Of a DNA stretch of 64,000 nt, positions 54,791-64,000 are shown piece after piece (positions within the stretch are counted from its first letter, which is position 1; each line of letters starts with the position of its first letter). The stretch is taken from the NCBI GenBank assembly GCA_025363655.1, contig JANYDK010000037.1, positions 6,191 through 70,190 on the forward strand. The letters run 5' to 3'. The translations under genes were made by a program, and so were the position numbers. This DNA comes from Deltaproteobacteria bacterium (GTDB lineage Bacteria > Myxococcota_A > Polyangia > Polyangiales > JADJMO01). The notes beneath the pieces were generated by a model, which was not told the origin of the DNA, ran no database searches, and saw only the letters and a list, made by a program, of their open reading frames with translations.

Positions 54791-56058
54791 TACGGCAACC
54801 CGAACGCGCTGAGGAAGCGGCGGTTGCCGCCGAGCTTCTCCAACGTCTGAAAGGCACCGAGCGAACCGCTGCTTGCAATGGAAGACATCTCGACGGCGTC
54901 GGTGCCGGCGCTGCCGTCGTCGAAGCCGGCGATGGAGATGAGAAACGAGTTGCCCGGCGACTCGATGCCGGCGAGCCCGAAGAACGCGTGCGGTGATTTC
55001 ATGGTCACACTGGCCGTCGTCCAGGAGCCGATTGCGCCGCTGGTCGCGTCGGGGAGCGCGTAGTGCACGGCGTGGGTGCCGCCATAGCCACCGACGACGT
55101 AGATGCGTCCTCCGATGACCACGGCCGAGGTGCCGTAGAGACCGGCAGGCAGCGGCGCCGTCGTCGTCCACGCGCCGAGCGTCCCGTCGACTTGGATCTT
55201 CGAGAGATAGACCGTCGTCTCGCGCGGTCCGGCCGACGAAGACTGTCCGCCGATGGCGTAGACGTAGCCAGAGGCGGTGACGGCACCGAGCGCGAAGCGG
55301 CCTGCCGGAAGCGCCGTCGTGTTCGTCCACGCGCCGAGCGAGCCATCGGTGGCGCTGATCGTCGCGACCATCACCTCGGGGTGTACCGTCGGCGTGGCGC
55401 CGGTCGCGCCGCCGATCGCATAGAGGTGCGTCGCCGTCGCGACGACGCCGAGCTTCACGCGATCGTCCGGGAGCTTGCTCGCCGTCGACCAATCACCGAG
55501 ACGAAATCCGCTGGAAATAGGCGCAAAGCGTACGTTCTGCGTGGTCAGCGCGGAGAGGTCGCCGCCGACGACGTAGAGGTGTTTGCCCGAGCTCGCCGCG
55601 CCGCAGCCCGAGCCTGCTGCGGGCATCGCGGTCTCGGTGGTCCAATGCCCGGTCGTCCCGTCGGCGTGGATCTCGAGGCGCAAGACGTCGGGCGTGTGCG
55701 GGTTGCCGCTGGGGACGTCGATGGTGCCGCCGAGCGAGAAGACCGCGCCGATCGTCGGTGAGCCTGTCTCTGCGCCATCTGTCATCGCATCGGGGCCGAC
55801 GTCGCTTGCCGTCTCGCCCGTCTCGCTGACGTCGGCATCGGAGAGCCCGTCGGGGAGAACGTCGGTGTCGCTCGCGCCGTCACTCGTGCCGTCACTCGCG
55901 CCGTCACTCGCGCCGTCACTCGTGCCGTCACTACCACCGCTGTCGACGAGAGGACCGCCGCTGCGCAAGTGCTCGGTGTCGACCGCGAGCGAACACCCAG
56001 CGAGCGCGCAGGCGACGATCACCGATCCGACGCGGAGGCCGTGAACGACGAAAGACAC
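54790..56058 (-). CDS. Kelch-repeat beta-propeller lipoprotein
   Basis: Lipobox CALAGC and repeated blades with GKHLYVVGG, THLYAIGG, GYVYAIGG, GRIYVVGG. The GTG start follows directly after the upstream TAG. Confidence 0.75.
   Translation of the reverse strand: MSFVVHGLRVGSVIVACALAGCSLAVDTEHLRSGGPLVDSGGSDGTSDGASDGASDGTSDGASDTDVLPDGLSDADVSETGETASDVGPDAMTDGAETGSPTIGAVFSLGGTIDVPSGNPHTPDVLRLEIHADGTTGHWTTETAMPAAGSGCGAASSGKHLYVVGGDLSALTTQNVRFAPISSGFRLGDWSTASKLPDDRVKLGVVATATHLYAIGGATGATPTVHPEVMVATISATDGSLGAWTNTTALPAGRFALGAVTASGYVYAIGGQSSSAGPRETTVYLSKIQVDGTLGAWTTTAPLPAGLYGTSAVVIGGRIYVVGGYGGTHAVHYALPDATSGAIGSWTTASVTMKSPHAFFGLAGIESPGNSFLISIAGFDDGSAGTDAVEMSSIASSGSLGAFQTLEKLGGNRRFLSAFGLP
55872..55932. 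repeat. In-frame 12-bp repeats encoding (SDGx)n
   Basis: Encodes SDGTSDGASDGASDGTSDGASD in the Kelch lipoprotein linker. Confidence 0.7.
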
Positions 56059-56937
56059 CTAAAATGCGCCCTTCCATGCAGCGAAGACGCCGCCAGGCAA
56101 GAGCGCGACGCTCGGCGCCGTCGACGCGCCGGTGGACCGCGGCGTCGATGTGCTCGAGAGAAATCCGTACGTTGCCAGCCCGGCGCCGACGACGGCGACT
56201 CCGAGCGCGAGGTCGGCCACGAGGAGCTTGCGCTTGGCCGCGTCGACGGAAGCATCGTCGCAATGCGGCGCGCACTGGCCATCGAGCTGATGCACGTCGT
56301 GCGTGCCGGTGGCTGCAAAATAGGCAAATCCGCCGAGCGCGACGGCCGAGACGCCGACGAAGATCCAGGGCCACACTGGCTTGGCAGGAGGCGCCGCGGC
56401 AGGTGGTTCCGGAGACGTCACCTTCGACGGCGGCTCGTCGAGCTTCGCCGGCGTCTGCGAAGGGAGGGAGATGGCGACGATGCGATTCTTCTCGCCGGTG
56501 ACGAGGACGACGTTCTCCTCGCGCTCGGGCTCGCCGACGACGCGCACGATCAAGCGGTGCTTGCCCGGATCGAGCGGGACGGCCTTTCCATCGAGCGCAG
56601 CAGCGCTGCCGTCGATCTCGAGCGACGCCCCCGCCACCTCGGCGCCGTCACGCGTGAGACGAACGACGATCGAAGGAATCTCTTGGTCGAGCTCACCGAC
56701 CCAGCGGGAACAGTCGGTTTGCACTGGACCCGGACAGGGATCGTGCGCGCACGTGAGGAGCGCTTCACGGGCAGCGCGAAGCTTGCCTGCCGCGCGTAAA
56801 TCCTGGCCTTCGCTGTTGGCGGCGAGGCAGGCCTTCTTCTCCGCGGCGGTCGGCGCCTTGCTCGGCGCACCCGACGCCATGCTCGCGCTCGCGACCACGC
56901 CGAGCAGCGCGGGGATGAGAATGCGGCGACCCTTCAT
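56059..56937 (-). CDS. Secreted/membrane protein downstream of the kinase (Cys-containing N-domain, beta-sandwich-like middle, two TM helices)
   Basis: Signal peptide MKGRRILIPALLGVVASASMASG. TM segments WPWIFVGVSAVALGGFAYFAA and LALGVAVVGAGLATYGFL. ATG 56937 chosen. Confidence 0.6.
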   Translation of the reverse strand: MKGRRILIPALLGVVASASMASGAPSKAPTAAEKKACLAANSEGQDLRAAGKLRAAREALLTCAHDPCPGPVQTDCSRWVGELDQEIPSIVVRLTRDGAEVAGASLEIDGSAAALDGKAVPLDPGKHRLIVRVVGEPEREENVVLVTGEKNRIVAISLPSQTPAKLDEPPSKVTSPEPPAAAPPAKPVWPWIFVGVSAVALGGFAYFAATGTHDVHQLDGQCAPHCDDASVDAAKRKLLVADLALGVAVVGAGLATYGFLSSTSTPRSTGASTAPSVALLPGGVFAAWKGAF

Positions 56938-56984
56938 CGACGGCCATCGTAGCGTCGATCGGCGGTCCTCGTCTCCGACCACAC

Positions 56985-58460
56985 CTACAAGCACTGCTCC
57001 TTGTACACCTTCTTTCCGTGAGCATCGTAGAACCAAGGCGGATCGCAGCTCGGCTTCTTCGGCATCGCCAGAGGCTTCGGAGCAAGCGGTGAAGAGGCCG
57101 ACGGTGCTGCGCTGACGCTCGCGCTCGGAGGCGGCGGTGCGCTCGACGAGGGGTTGACCGACGAAGCCGACACGGCGGCCGACGCAATTGCAGATGCAGA
57201 CGCAGATGCAGATGCAGACGCGGTGACGGTCGGTGCTTCGCGGCCCGGGCTCGGCGCGCTCGTCGCTTCGCGGCCGCGCACGAGGAGAAAGACGATGATC
57301 GCAGCGAGGGCGACGAAGACGACCGCGACGCCTCCGGTGCGACGCGACGATCGTTGCGCCTCTGCGTTCGGGTTTTCTTGCGCGATCGCTCGCGGCACGT
57401 CGGCCGAGGTCTTCGGCACGTCGAACTCGTCGAGCTCGATCGGTCTCGATGCGAGGCCTTCGAGCGCGCCACGCACCTCGGCGTCGTTCATCGATTGGCT
57501 CTCGATGTCGGCGATGACGTCGGCGCGTTGGGTGAGTGAATCGACGGCTACCTTGCGCACCCACTCTGCGAGCTCGGCCATCGTCGCCGGCCGGGCGCAG
57601 GCTTCGAGCGCGCGCGCCATGTCTTTCGCCGTCGCGTAGCGATCACGTGGATCTCGCGCGAGCCCACGGAGCACGACCTCGTCGAACGACGTCGGCACGG
57701 AGCTGGCGAGCGTGCTCGGCGGCGGCACGAGCGCGTGGATGACTTTGTTGAGCGTCTCGACCGGACTGTCGCCTTCGAAGAGCCGTCGTCCGACGAGCGT
57801 CTCCCAGAGCACGACCGCCACCGAGTAGACGTCGGTGCGCCTCGTCACCGCGCCCTGGATTTGCTCGGGCGGCATGTACGAGACCTTCCCCTTGATCTGC
57901 CCATCACGCGTCGTCTGCGCGCGACCTGCTGCCTTGGCGATGCCGAAATCGAGCACGCGCGGGACGCCGTCGACGCCGACGAGGATGTTTTGCGGAGAGA
58001 CGTCGCGATGGACGATGTCGAGCGGATTGCCGCCTTCGTCGCGCGCCTCGTGTGCAGCGTGGAGTCCTTGCAAGACGCCGCAAAGCACGGCGACGACGAC
58101 GTCGTGCGGCACGTGCTCACCGCGCGTCTTCATCGCGCGCACGAGGCGGGAGAGCGATTCACCCTCGACGTAGTCCATCACCAGGAAGAGCTCGCCGGCC
58201 TCGGCGACGACGTCGAGCGTGGGCACCACGTTGGGGTGCCGGACGCGCGCCGCCAGCCGCGCCTCGTCGAGGAACATCGAGACGAACTCGGGATCTTTGG
58301 CGTATTGCGGGTGCAGACGCTTGATCGCGACCGTGCGCGCGAACCCCACCGGACCGAGCAAACGGCCGAAATGCACGCTCGCCATGCCGCCGCTGGCGAT
58401 CTCGTCATAGAGAGCATAGCGACCGACGACGCGAGCCCTACCGCTCGCAGCGCGCGACAT
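56985..58460 (-). CDS. Ser/Thr protein kinase with C-terminal TM helix and extracytoplasmic tail
   Basis: GGMASV...VAIKRL, HRDVSPQNILV, DFGIAK, SYMPPEQ, TM helix VAVVFVALAAIIVFLLV, (SA)n low-complexity segment. Confidence 0.9.
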   Translation of the reverse strand: MSRAASGRARVVGRYALYDEIASGGMASVHFGRLLGPVGFARTVAIKRLHPQYAKDPEFVSMFLDEARLAARVRHPNVVPTLDVVAEAGELFLVMDYVEGESLSRLVRAMKTRGEHVPHDVVVAVLCGVLQGLHAAHEARDEGGNPLDIVHRDVSPQNILVGVDGVPRVLDFGIAKAAGRAQTTRDGQIKGKVSYMPPEQIQGAVTRRTDVYSVAVVLWETLVGRRLFEGDSPVETLNKVIHALVPPPSTLASSVPTSFDEVVLRGLARDPRDRYATAKDMARALEACARPATMAELAEWVRKVAVDSLTQRADVIADIESQSMNDAEVRGALEGLASRPIELDEFDVPKTSADVPRAIAQENPNAEAQRSSRRTGGVAVVFVALAAIIVFLLVRGREATSAPSPGREAPTVTASASASASASAIASAAVSASSVNPSSSAPPPPSASVSAAPSASSPLAPKPLAMPKKPSCDPPWFYDAHGKKVYKEQCL

Positions 58461-58503
58461 GGGCTCTCATCCTACGCGACGGCGCGAGACGGCGCGAGCT
58501 ACC

Positions 58504-59985
58504 ATGAGTGCATTGACGAGCAGACGCAAACGCGACGACGACGACGCGACCACCCTCCACCTCGACGGTTCGCTGCGGGCCGCGCTCGCTCGCGTCGGTG
58601 AGCTCCACTACGTCGCGATGGACTTGGTGGTCATCGAAGGCCCCGACGTCGGCGCGTCGTTTCGCCTCGGCGAAGGCACCAGTCGGCTCGGGACGGCGGC
58701 CGGCTCCGCGGTGCGCCTCACCGACAAGACCGTCTCACGCGCGCACTGCGAGCTGACGTTGCTGCGTGACGCGGTGCGCGTCGTCGACGAGGGCAGCACC
58801 AACGGCACCTCCATCGATGACGTGCGCGTCGGTCGCGCCGATCTCAAAGTAGGCCGAATTCTCCGCGTGGGAGCCACCTCGCTGCGCGCGCAACGGAGCG
58901 ACGAGCCGGTGGTGGTGCCGCTCTCCACTGCCGATCGCTTCGGCGAGCTTTTGGGGGCCAGCGCCGAGATGCGCCGCATCTACGCCATCCTCGAACGCAC
59001 CGCCAAGACCGACGTCACCGTGCTCGTGCAAGGCGAGACCGGCACCGGCAAGGACGTCGTCGCGCGCTCGCTCCACGCAGCGTCCCCGCGCGCGAACGGT
59101 CCGTTCGTCGCCATCGACTGCGGCGCCATCGCCGAGAACCTCATCGAGAGCGAGCTCTTCGGACACGCCCGCGGGGCCTTCTCCGGCGCGAGCAGCGAAC
59201 GTCGCGGGCTCTTCGAAGAAGCCCACGGCGGCACGCTCTTCCTCGACGAGGTCGGCGAGCTCCCGCTCAGTCTCCAGCCCAAGCTCTTGCGTGCGATCGA
59301 GACGCGTGAGGTGCGCCCCGTCGGTTCCAACGTCGGTCGCCGCGTCGACGTACGCATCGTCGCCGCCACCAACCGGCCGCTCGGTCGCGCGATCAACGAA
59401 GGCAGCTTTCGCGAAGATCTCTTCTATCGATTGGCGGTGGTCGAGGTCACGCTGCCGCCCTTGCGTGCGCGTCGAGACGACATCGCACTCCTCGCGCAGC
59501 ACTTCCACGATCGAATCGCCGGCGGAGAGACGCCGCTGCCCGCTGCGCTCTTGCAGTCCCTTTCGCAGCGCGGTTGGCCCGGGAACGTCCGCGAGCTCCG
59601 CAATTTCGTCGAGCGCATCGTCTCGCTCGGCTGGATGCCGGCGGGGGGCGACGAGCCATCGTCGAAGCCGATCACCGCGCCCGTCCGTGCCAGGGGCGAC
59701 GCCACGAACGAGCTCGAGGTGAGCGCCCTCGTCGCCAGTGATCTCCCCATCAAAGAAGCACGCGAGAAGTGGAACGAGCGCTTCGAGCGGCAATATCTCC
59801 GCGCGCTTCTTCTACGCACCGGCGGCAACGTCCGACGCGCCGCCGAGCTGGCGCAGGTCAATCGACGTTGGCTGCAGCGGCTCCTCGCCCAATACGGCGG
59901 TGGCAAGGCGCTCGGGGTTCGAGAAGATGCGTCGGGCACCGAGCCGAGTGATGGCGAAGGCGGAGGCGAAGACGACGCGACCTGA
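58504..59985 (+). CDS. Sigma-54-dependent transcriptional activator with N-terminal FHA domain
   Basis: FHA (RLGTAAGSAVRLTDKTVSRAHCEL...GSTNGT), AAA+ GETGTGKD, sigma-54 contact loop GAFSGA, ESELFGH, C-terminal Fis-type HTH. Alternative start at 58459. Confidence 0.9.
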   Translation: MSALTSRRKRDDDDATTLHLDGSLRAALARVGELHYVAMDLVVIEGPDVGASFRLGEGTSRLGTAAGSAVRLTDKTVSRAHCELTLLRDAVRVVDEGSTNGTSIDDVRVGRADLKVGRILRVGATSLRAQRSDEPVVVPLSTADRFGELLGASAEMRRIYAILERTAKTDVTVLVQGETGTGKDVVARSLHAASPRANGPFVAIDCGAIAENLIESELFGHARGAFSGASSERRGLFEEAHGGTLFLDEVGELPLSLQPKLLRAIETREVRPVGSNVGRRVDVRIVAATNRPLGRAINEGSFREDLFYRLAVVEVTLPPLRARRDDIALLAQHFHDRIAGGETPLPAALLQSLSQRGWPGNVRELRNFVERIVSLGWMPAGGDEPSSKPITAPVRARGDATNELEVSALVASDLPIKEAREKWNERFERQYLRALLLRTGGNVRRAAELAQVNRRWLQRLLAQYGGGKALGVREDASGTEPSDGEGGGEDDAT

Positions 59986-59993
59986 CGCTCAGG
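59981..59993. terminator. Hairpin CCTGA-CGC-TCAGG embedding both convergent stop codons
   Basis: 5-bp stem with a CGC loop. The plus-strand TGA (59983-59985) and the minus-strand TGA (59989-59991) lie in opposite arms. Confidence 0.35.
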
Positions 59994-61641
59994 CGTGAAT
60001 CCACACCACCGTCCCCGTCAGCGCCTGCATCACCCCATGCCACCCCGTGGGGAGCTCGGGCTTGCTGAACGCAAACAGCTTCTGCGCATCGAGCGGCGCC
60101 AGATTGACGCAACCGTGCGAGCGCGGCGTACCGAATTGATCATGCCAATAGGCCGCGTGCAGCGCATAGCCATTTTGGAAATATTGGATGTAGGGCACGT
60201 CGCGGAGCTCGAACTCGGCCTCCGGCTGGTTGCTGTCCATCGTCGCCGCGGCGTGCTTGGTGTGAATGCGGAAAATACCCCGCGGGGTGACGTAGGGATT
60301 GTCTTTGGGGCTCTCGAGCCCACCCGAGCCGGTCGACACCAACGTCGCATAGACCGGCTTCTGGCCGTCGACGGCGAGGAGCGTCTGCTTCGCGATGTTG
60401 ATCTCGATCCAGCGCTCACCCTCTTTGCCCCACTTCGGCATCTTCTTGATCGGATCGAGGCGCACCGCGTCTTCGGCGCTGACGTAGCTGCCGTCTTTCA
60501 GCTCGTGATAGTGAACTCCGAGGACGATGCGCTGCTTCGGCGTCACCTCGAGGGCGGCGCGCCACGGCAGGTCTTCGTCGCTCTCGACCATGTGCTTCTT
60601 CTCGAAGCGAAAGCGTTTGGCGCCCTCCTTCTTCACGAAGACGATCGGGAGATTGAGCGCTCCGGGCCCCGTGCCGCCGAGCTCGACCCCGTGAAAGGAA
60701 GTGCCACGCACGAGGCGCACGCGATCGGCCGGCATCAGCAGCAGGTCGGTGGTGAGGAGCCAACGACGATCGTTTTCGGGTGACTTGAACGTCTGTACGA
60801 AGGAGATGCCGAGTCGCTTCTTCGGCCGCGCGGCGTCGATGGGAATGCAGCCCTGCGCCTTCGGATCGCACTCGGTCCCGCCGTCGTAGGCAGGCCTCCC
60901 GCTCCACGCCAAGTTCGAGAGGTTCGGCACATAGCCGTGCTCGCGGAGGAAGGTCGGCATCGGGTCGTCGCGGTTGTCGGTCGCCCAGGGCGCGAGCACG
61001 CCCGGCGCCGGCTCGAGCGGCAAAGCCCCCTCGGGTAGCGAGCTCAATTGCGGATAATTGCCCTCTACCGCCTCTTCCTTCTCGGCGCCGACGAGCGTGC
61101 GGAAGTGATAGTCCCAATCGGGCTCGAAGGCTTTGGCCTCTTCCTTGGTGGGCAATCGCGCATAAAAAGGCGCGCCTTGATTGCGCACGACTGCGTAGCC
61201 ATAGGGCAGTCCCGCTTCGAGCTGGGGCCTTCGCCACGAAGCGGCGACGATTGCGTCGCTCACGTCGAGCGTCGCTTCCTTGCCGACGCAGACGAAGCCG
61301 CGCGGTTCGATCGGATACCAACCGCCGGGGCAATCCTTGGTGCCGGCGACGCCGCCGCGACGTTCGACGATGGCGCCCGCGCGGAGATAGCCGAGCTTCT
61401 TGCTCGACGTGTTCGGCGCTTCGTAGACCAGGGTCTCCATTGCGCGGCTCGCGAGTTTTCCCTTTTCACCGGCGGCGACGGCGGCGAGCGGCGAGGTGCC
61501 CGACGATTCTCCAGCGCCTTGTCCTGCCGCCACGTCGGGCGTGTCGACGCTGCGTTTGCGGCACGCGACGAGCGTCACGGCGAGCGTCACGGCGAGTGCA
61601 CCGAGGCAGGAAGAGGCGAGGAAAGCGCTCCGGCGGATCAC
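59989..61641 (-). CDS. L,D-transpeptidase (YkuD domain) lipoprotein
   Basis: Catalytic region YALHAAYWHDQFGTPRSHGCVNL. GTG 61641 gives the lipoprotein signal VIRRSAFLASSCLGALAVTLAVTLVAC; the ORF maximum is 61689. Confidence 0.85.
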   Translation of the reverse strand: MIRRSAFLASSCLGALAVTLAVTLVACRKRSVDTPDVAAGQGAGESSGTSPLAAVAAGEKGKLASRAMETLVYEAPNTSSKKLGYLRAGAIVERRGGVAGTKDCPGGWYPIEPRGFVCVGKEATLDVSDAIVAASWRRPQLEAGLPYGYAVVRNQGAPFYARLPTKEEAKAFEPDWDYHFRTLVGAEKEEAVEGNYPQLSSLPEGALPLEPAPGVLAPWATDNRDDPMPTFLREHGYVPNLSNLAWSGRPAYDGGTECDPKAQGCIPIDAARPKKRLGISFVQTFKSPENDRRWLLTTDLLLMPADRVRLVRGTSFHGVELGGTGPGALNLPIVFVKKEGAKRFRFEKKHMVESDEDLPWRAALEVTPKQRIVLGVHYHELKDGSYVSAEDAVRLDPIKKMPKWGKEGERWIEINIAKQTLLAVDGQKPVYATLVSTGSGGLESPKDNPYVTPRGIFRIHTKHAAATMDSNQPEAEFELRDVPYIQYFQNGYALHAAYWHDQFGTPRSHGCVNLAPLDAQKLFAFSKPELPTGWHGVMQALTGTVVWIHA

Positions 61642-61851
61642 GTCCGGCTCATGCCACGAGCCCTCACCAAGGGACCAGTAAACGAGCACCCGTCGTCACC
61701 GGAGAATGCGCTCCTGAACGGAATCGGTGAAAACGCCCGACGTTTTGCCAGTTCCGATTCTTGGCAAGTGCGGCGATTCGCCTAAGGTGCGCCAACTCCG
61801 ACATCGAGCCGTTTTCGAAAGGTCGGACGCTGTTTTCTTGGGAGGCCCACC

Positions 61852-62421
61852 GTGAACCGTAGCATCGCTCTCACTCTCTCTTGTCTGCTCCTCGCCGCCT
61901 GCGCCGCGAGCGCCGACAACTCGACGACCGGGTCCAAGAAGGACGGCGGGGTCGACACCGGAACGGGGACGGTTCCCACGGACGACGTCGGTGGCGGCAG
62001 CGCGGACACCGGCACGGGTGGCGGCACCAAGGACACCGGCACGGGTGGCGGCACCAAGGACACCGGCACCGGCGGCGGCACCAAGGACACCGGGGGCGGT
62101 GGCACGGGTGACGATTCGTGCGGCGCTTCAGCCACCAACCTCGATTGCCAGTCGTGCTGCGCGACCAACCACGACGCTGCGTACCAGGCGTTCGTCGACG
62201 CGCTCCTCGGCTGCGCGTGCAAGTCGGGCGTCTGCCTTACGCAGTGCAAGACGACCGCATGCGCGGCGACGCCGGCCACGCCGACCGCTGCGTGCGACAC
62301 CTGCCTCGGCGATTCGCAGGCCGGCGCGTGCAAGTCGGCGATCGACACTGCCTGCGGTCCGGGCGGTCCTTGCGAGCCGTTCGACACCTGCGCCACCACG
62401 CAGTGCGCAGCGCTCCCCTGA
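61852..62421 (+). CDS. Cys-rich lipoprotein with DTGTGGGTK repeats
   Basis: Lipobox LLLAAC, three 9-aa repeats, then 16 Cys in about 95 residues (CGASATNLDCQSCCATNH...CACKSGVC...CDTCLGD...C). Confidence 0.6.
   Translation: MNRSIALTLSCLLLAACAASADNSTTGSKKDGGVDTGTGTVPTDDVGGGSADTGTGGGTKDTGTGGGTKDTGTGGGTKDTGGGGTGDDSCGASATNLDCQSCCATNHDAAYQAFVDALLGCACKSGVCLTQCKTTACAATPATPTAACDTCLGDSQAGACKSAIDTACGPGGPCEPFDTCATTQCAALP
62005..62096. repeat. 27-bp tandem repeat, three full copies plus a partial copy
   Basis: GACACCGGCACGGGTGGCGGCACCAAG at 62005, 62032 and 62059 (the third copy has 2 substitutions); in frame. Confidence 0.85.
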
Positions 62422-62442
62422 CACGCTGATACCCTGGCCTTC

Positions 62443-63321
62443 GTGCCAGGTCCGAAGGAACAGGTCACGCCCATCGACGACCCGCGCGGTCCGATGGGCG
62501 TGCGCTTTTTCGCGCAGCGATCGGGCGAGTCGCCATCGCGCGCGAAGGTGCCGACGCTGGTCTTCTCGACCAACGCAGGAGCGCTCTCGATCGTCGCCTC
62601 CGTCGCCTCTGAAGAAACGCACCTCGTCGATTCGACGTCTCTCCTCGTCCTCCCCGCGCGCGCCACGGCCATTCTGACGACGCGCAGCCCGATCACGCAC
62701 GTCTTCGCGCTCTCGATCGCCGCCGAGCTGCAAGAGAAGGTCGTTGCGACGTATGCCGGTGAGGTCGATCCGGCGAAGCTCGCGCGTACGCTCTCTTCTC
62801 TCGCGCTCTTGCCGCGCACCAACTGGATGAACGAGATCGTCCATCGGTACCTCTTCGAGCGTTGCGTCTGTCGGAAGCACGACACCGACGCGACGCGGTT
62901 CCTCGAGACCGAGATCGTGAAAGAGGTCTATTTTCTCGTCAAATCACGCGACGAGTCGGCGCAGCGGAAGTCGGTCGTCGAGCTCGACGGGCCGCTCCTC
63001 GCCCGGGCGCTCCGCGAGATCGAAGCGCACCTCTTCGAGGGCGACGTGCTCACGCGTCTTCCCAAGGCCACGCGCGCCAGCGAGAGCTCACTGCTGCGCG
63101 CGTTCAAGCGGGAGCTCGGGCGCGCCCCGCTCGTCTACGTGCGGGAGCGTCGTCTCGACGAGGCGAGCTTGCTCCTCAAGTCGCGTCGCTTCTCGGTCAC
63201 CGAGGTCGCCGAGAAGGTCGGATACGGCAACCTCGCGGCCTTCTCCACCGCGTTTCGTGCGCGCTTCGGCGTGCAGCCGTCGAGCCTCCGCGGCGCCGTC
63301 ACTTCACCACGAGCCCGGTGA
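62443..63321 (+). CDS. AraC family transcriptional regulator
   Basis: C-terminal double HTH (SSLLRAFKRELGRAPLVYVRERRLDEA...VTEVAEKVGYGNLAAFSTAFRARFGVQPS). The start is uncertain (GTG 62443 lies inside the hairpin CCTGGC-N6-GCCAGG). Confidence 0.8.
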   Translation: MPGPKEQVTPIDDPRGPMGVRFFAQRSGESPSRAKVPTLVFSTNAGALSIVASVASEETHLVDSTSLLVLPARATAILTTRSPITHVFALSIAAELQEKVVATYAGEVDPAKLARTLSSLALLPRTNWMNEIVHRYLFERCVCRKHDTDATRFLETEIVKEVYFLVKSRDESAQRKSVVELDGPLLARALREIEAHLFEGDVLTRLPKATRASESSLLRAFKRELGRAPLVYVRERRLDEASLLLKSRRFSVTEVAEKVGYGNLAAFSTAFRARFGVQPSSLRGAVTSPRAR

Positions 63322-64000
63322 CGTCGCGCGTCTCGGTCGCCTTGCGCGCGTCGGTCTTGGCCGTCTTCGCGCTACCGCCGGTGAAGGTGATTCGGTCGAC
63401 GTGACGGAAGAACCATCCATACGCCGGCGTATCGCCCCAAAGGTTGGGATCGGGATATTGGCCGACGTATTCGGGCGGATCTTTCGGCACCGAACCGAGG
63501 CCGCCGCTGACGTCGAGGACGACGTTGGTGAACGTGAGATCGGTGATGCGATGGATGTTGCCGTCCTTGGTCACCGTGCCTGAGATGGGTGAGCCCCAGG
63601 TGTGGCGGGTCGAGGTGCCGACGATGTCGTCGAAGTGGACGCCGGAGATGCTGCCGACGCGGTGCGCGCTGCCGGCGGGCGTGCCGCCGCGATCGCCGAG
63701 GAGGATGAAGAAGGGCGAGCCGACGTCTTTGAACTGGATGCGTCGGAACGCGATGTCGGAGATGAGCGCGCCGTCGACCGACTCGACCGCCATCGCCGCC
63801 TTGTCGGCAGAGTCGATGACGACGTCCTCGAAGGTGACGTGGGTGAAGCCGCCGTAGCTGGCGGTGCCCATTTTCAAGGCGTTGGCGACGATCGAGCGGA
63901 CGATGTGGGCGCGCCGGACGAGGACGTCGTCGACGCCGCGCGCGGTGCCGCTCTTGAGGCAGATGGAGTCGTCCTCGGAGGTGATGGTGACGTCTTCGAT
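63299..64000 (-). CDS. Right-handed beta-helix glycoside hydrolase (GH28 polygalacturonase-like), 5-prime truncated by window end
   Basis: The reading frame is open to position 64000 (IEDVTITSEDDSICLKSGTARG... typical of GH28). The C-terminal 23 nt overlap the convergent AraC gene. Confidence 0.75.
   Translation of the reverse strand: MEDVTITSEDDSICLKSGTARGVDDVLVRRAHIVRSIVANALKMGTASYGGFTHVTFEDVVIDSADKAAMAVESVDGALISDIAFRRIQFKDVGSPFFILLGDRGGTPAGSAHRVGSISGVHFDDIVGTSTRHTWGSPISGTVTKDGNIHRITDLTFTNVVLDVSGGLGSVPKDPPEYVGQYPDPNLWGDTPAYGWFFRHVDRITFTGGSAKTAKTDARKATETRDVTGLVVK

Noticed and set aside
61745-61767. Sigma-54 promoter (TGGCA element) or operator near the FHA-EBP locus
   Set aside because: TGGCAA at 61762 is not followed by a TTGC -12 element at the correct spacing. 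What exists is only a 6-bp inverted repeat, TTGCCA-N11-TGGCAA, which is short enough to occur by chance.
1-64000. Mobile elements, prophage, genomic island, tRNA or rRNA genes
   Set aside because: I found no integrase, transposase or phage-like ORFs, no terminal inverted or direct repeats flanking a block, and no cloverleaf-like or rRNA-like sequences. GC looks high throughout by eye except for about 240 bp at 49606-49846.

Overview
High-GC (about 70%) chromosomal segment that is gene-dense on both strands. I call about 60 CDS. I recognised no rRNA, tRNA, CRISPR array, transposase or integrase. Several markers point to Myxococcota: three MYXO-CTERM-type sorting tails, three AgmX/PglI-type C-terminal domains, an FHA/sigma-54 activator divergent from a Ser/Thr kinase, and about 18 lipobox lipoproteins. 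Recognisable housekeeping genes include an Opp/Dpp ABC ATPase, nadC, glnE, panE, mpg, a ctaB-SCO-DUF420 oxidase-biogenesis cluster, plsC, an SDR, a crotonase and PhzF. The secreted or degradative set includes two GH5, one GH28-like, three alpha/beta-hydrolase esterases, a phospholipase C, an L,D-transpeptidase and a Lon-like protease. The best candidate for an undescribed system is a translationally coupled six-gene minus-strand operon at 20614-27506. It encodes a MoxR-type AAA+ ATPase, an orphan, an HExxH metallopeptidase-like/VWA fusion, two orphans and a PaaK/F390-type adenylating ligase. Other notable items are a Tes/MJ0619-like radical SAM enzyme co-oriented with two lipoproteins, a 63-aa protein that is essentially a signal peptide plus a MYXO-CTERM tail, an H1-like Lys-repeat/Sel1 fusion, a roughly 42-bp hairpin-forming tandem array in the largest intergenic gap, twin 21-bp hairpin repeats, and hairpins that embed both stop codons at convergent gene junctions. 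All homology statements rest on motifs read by eye. No database search was run.
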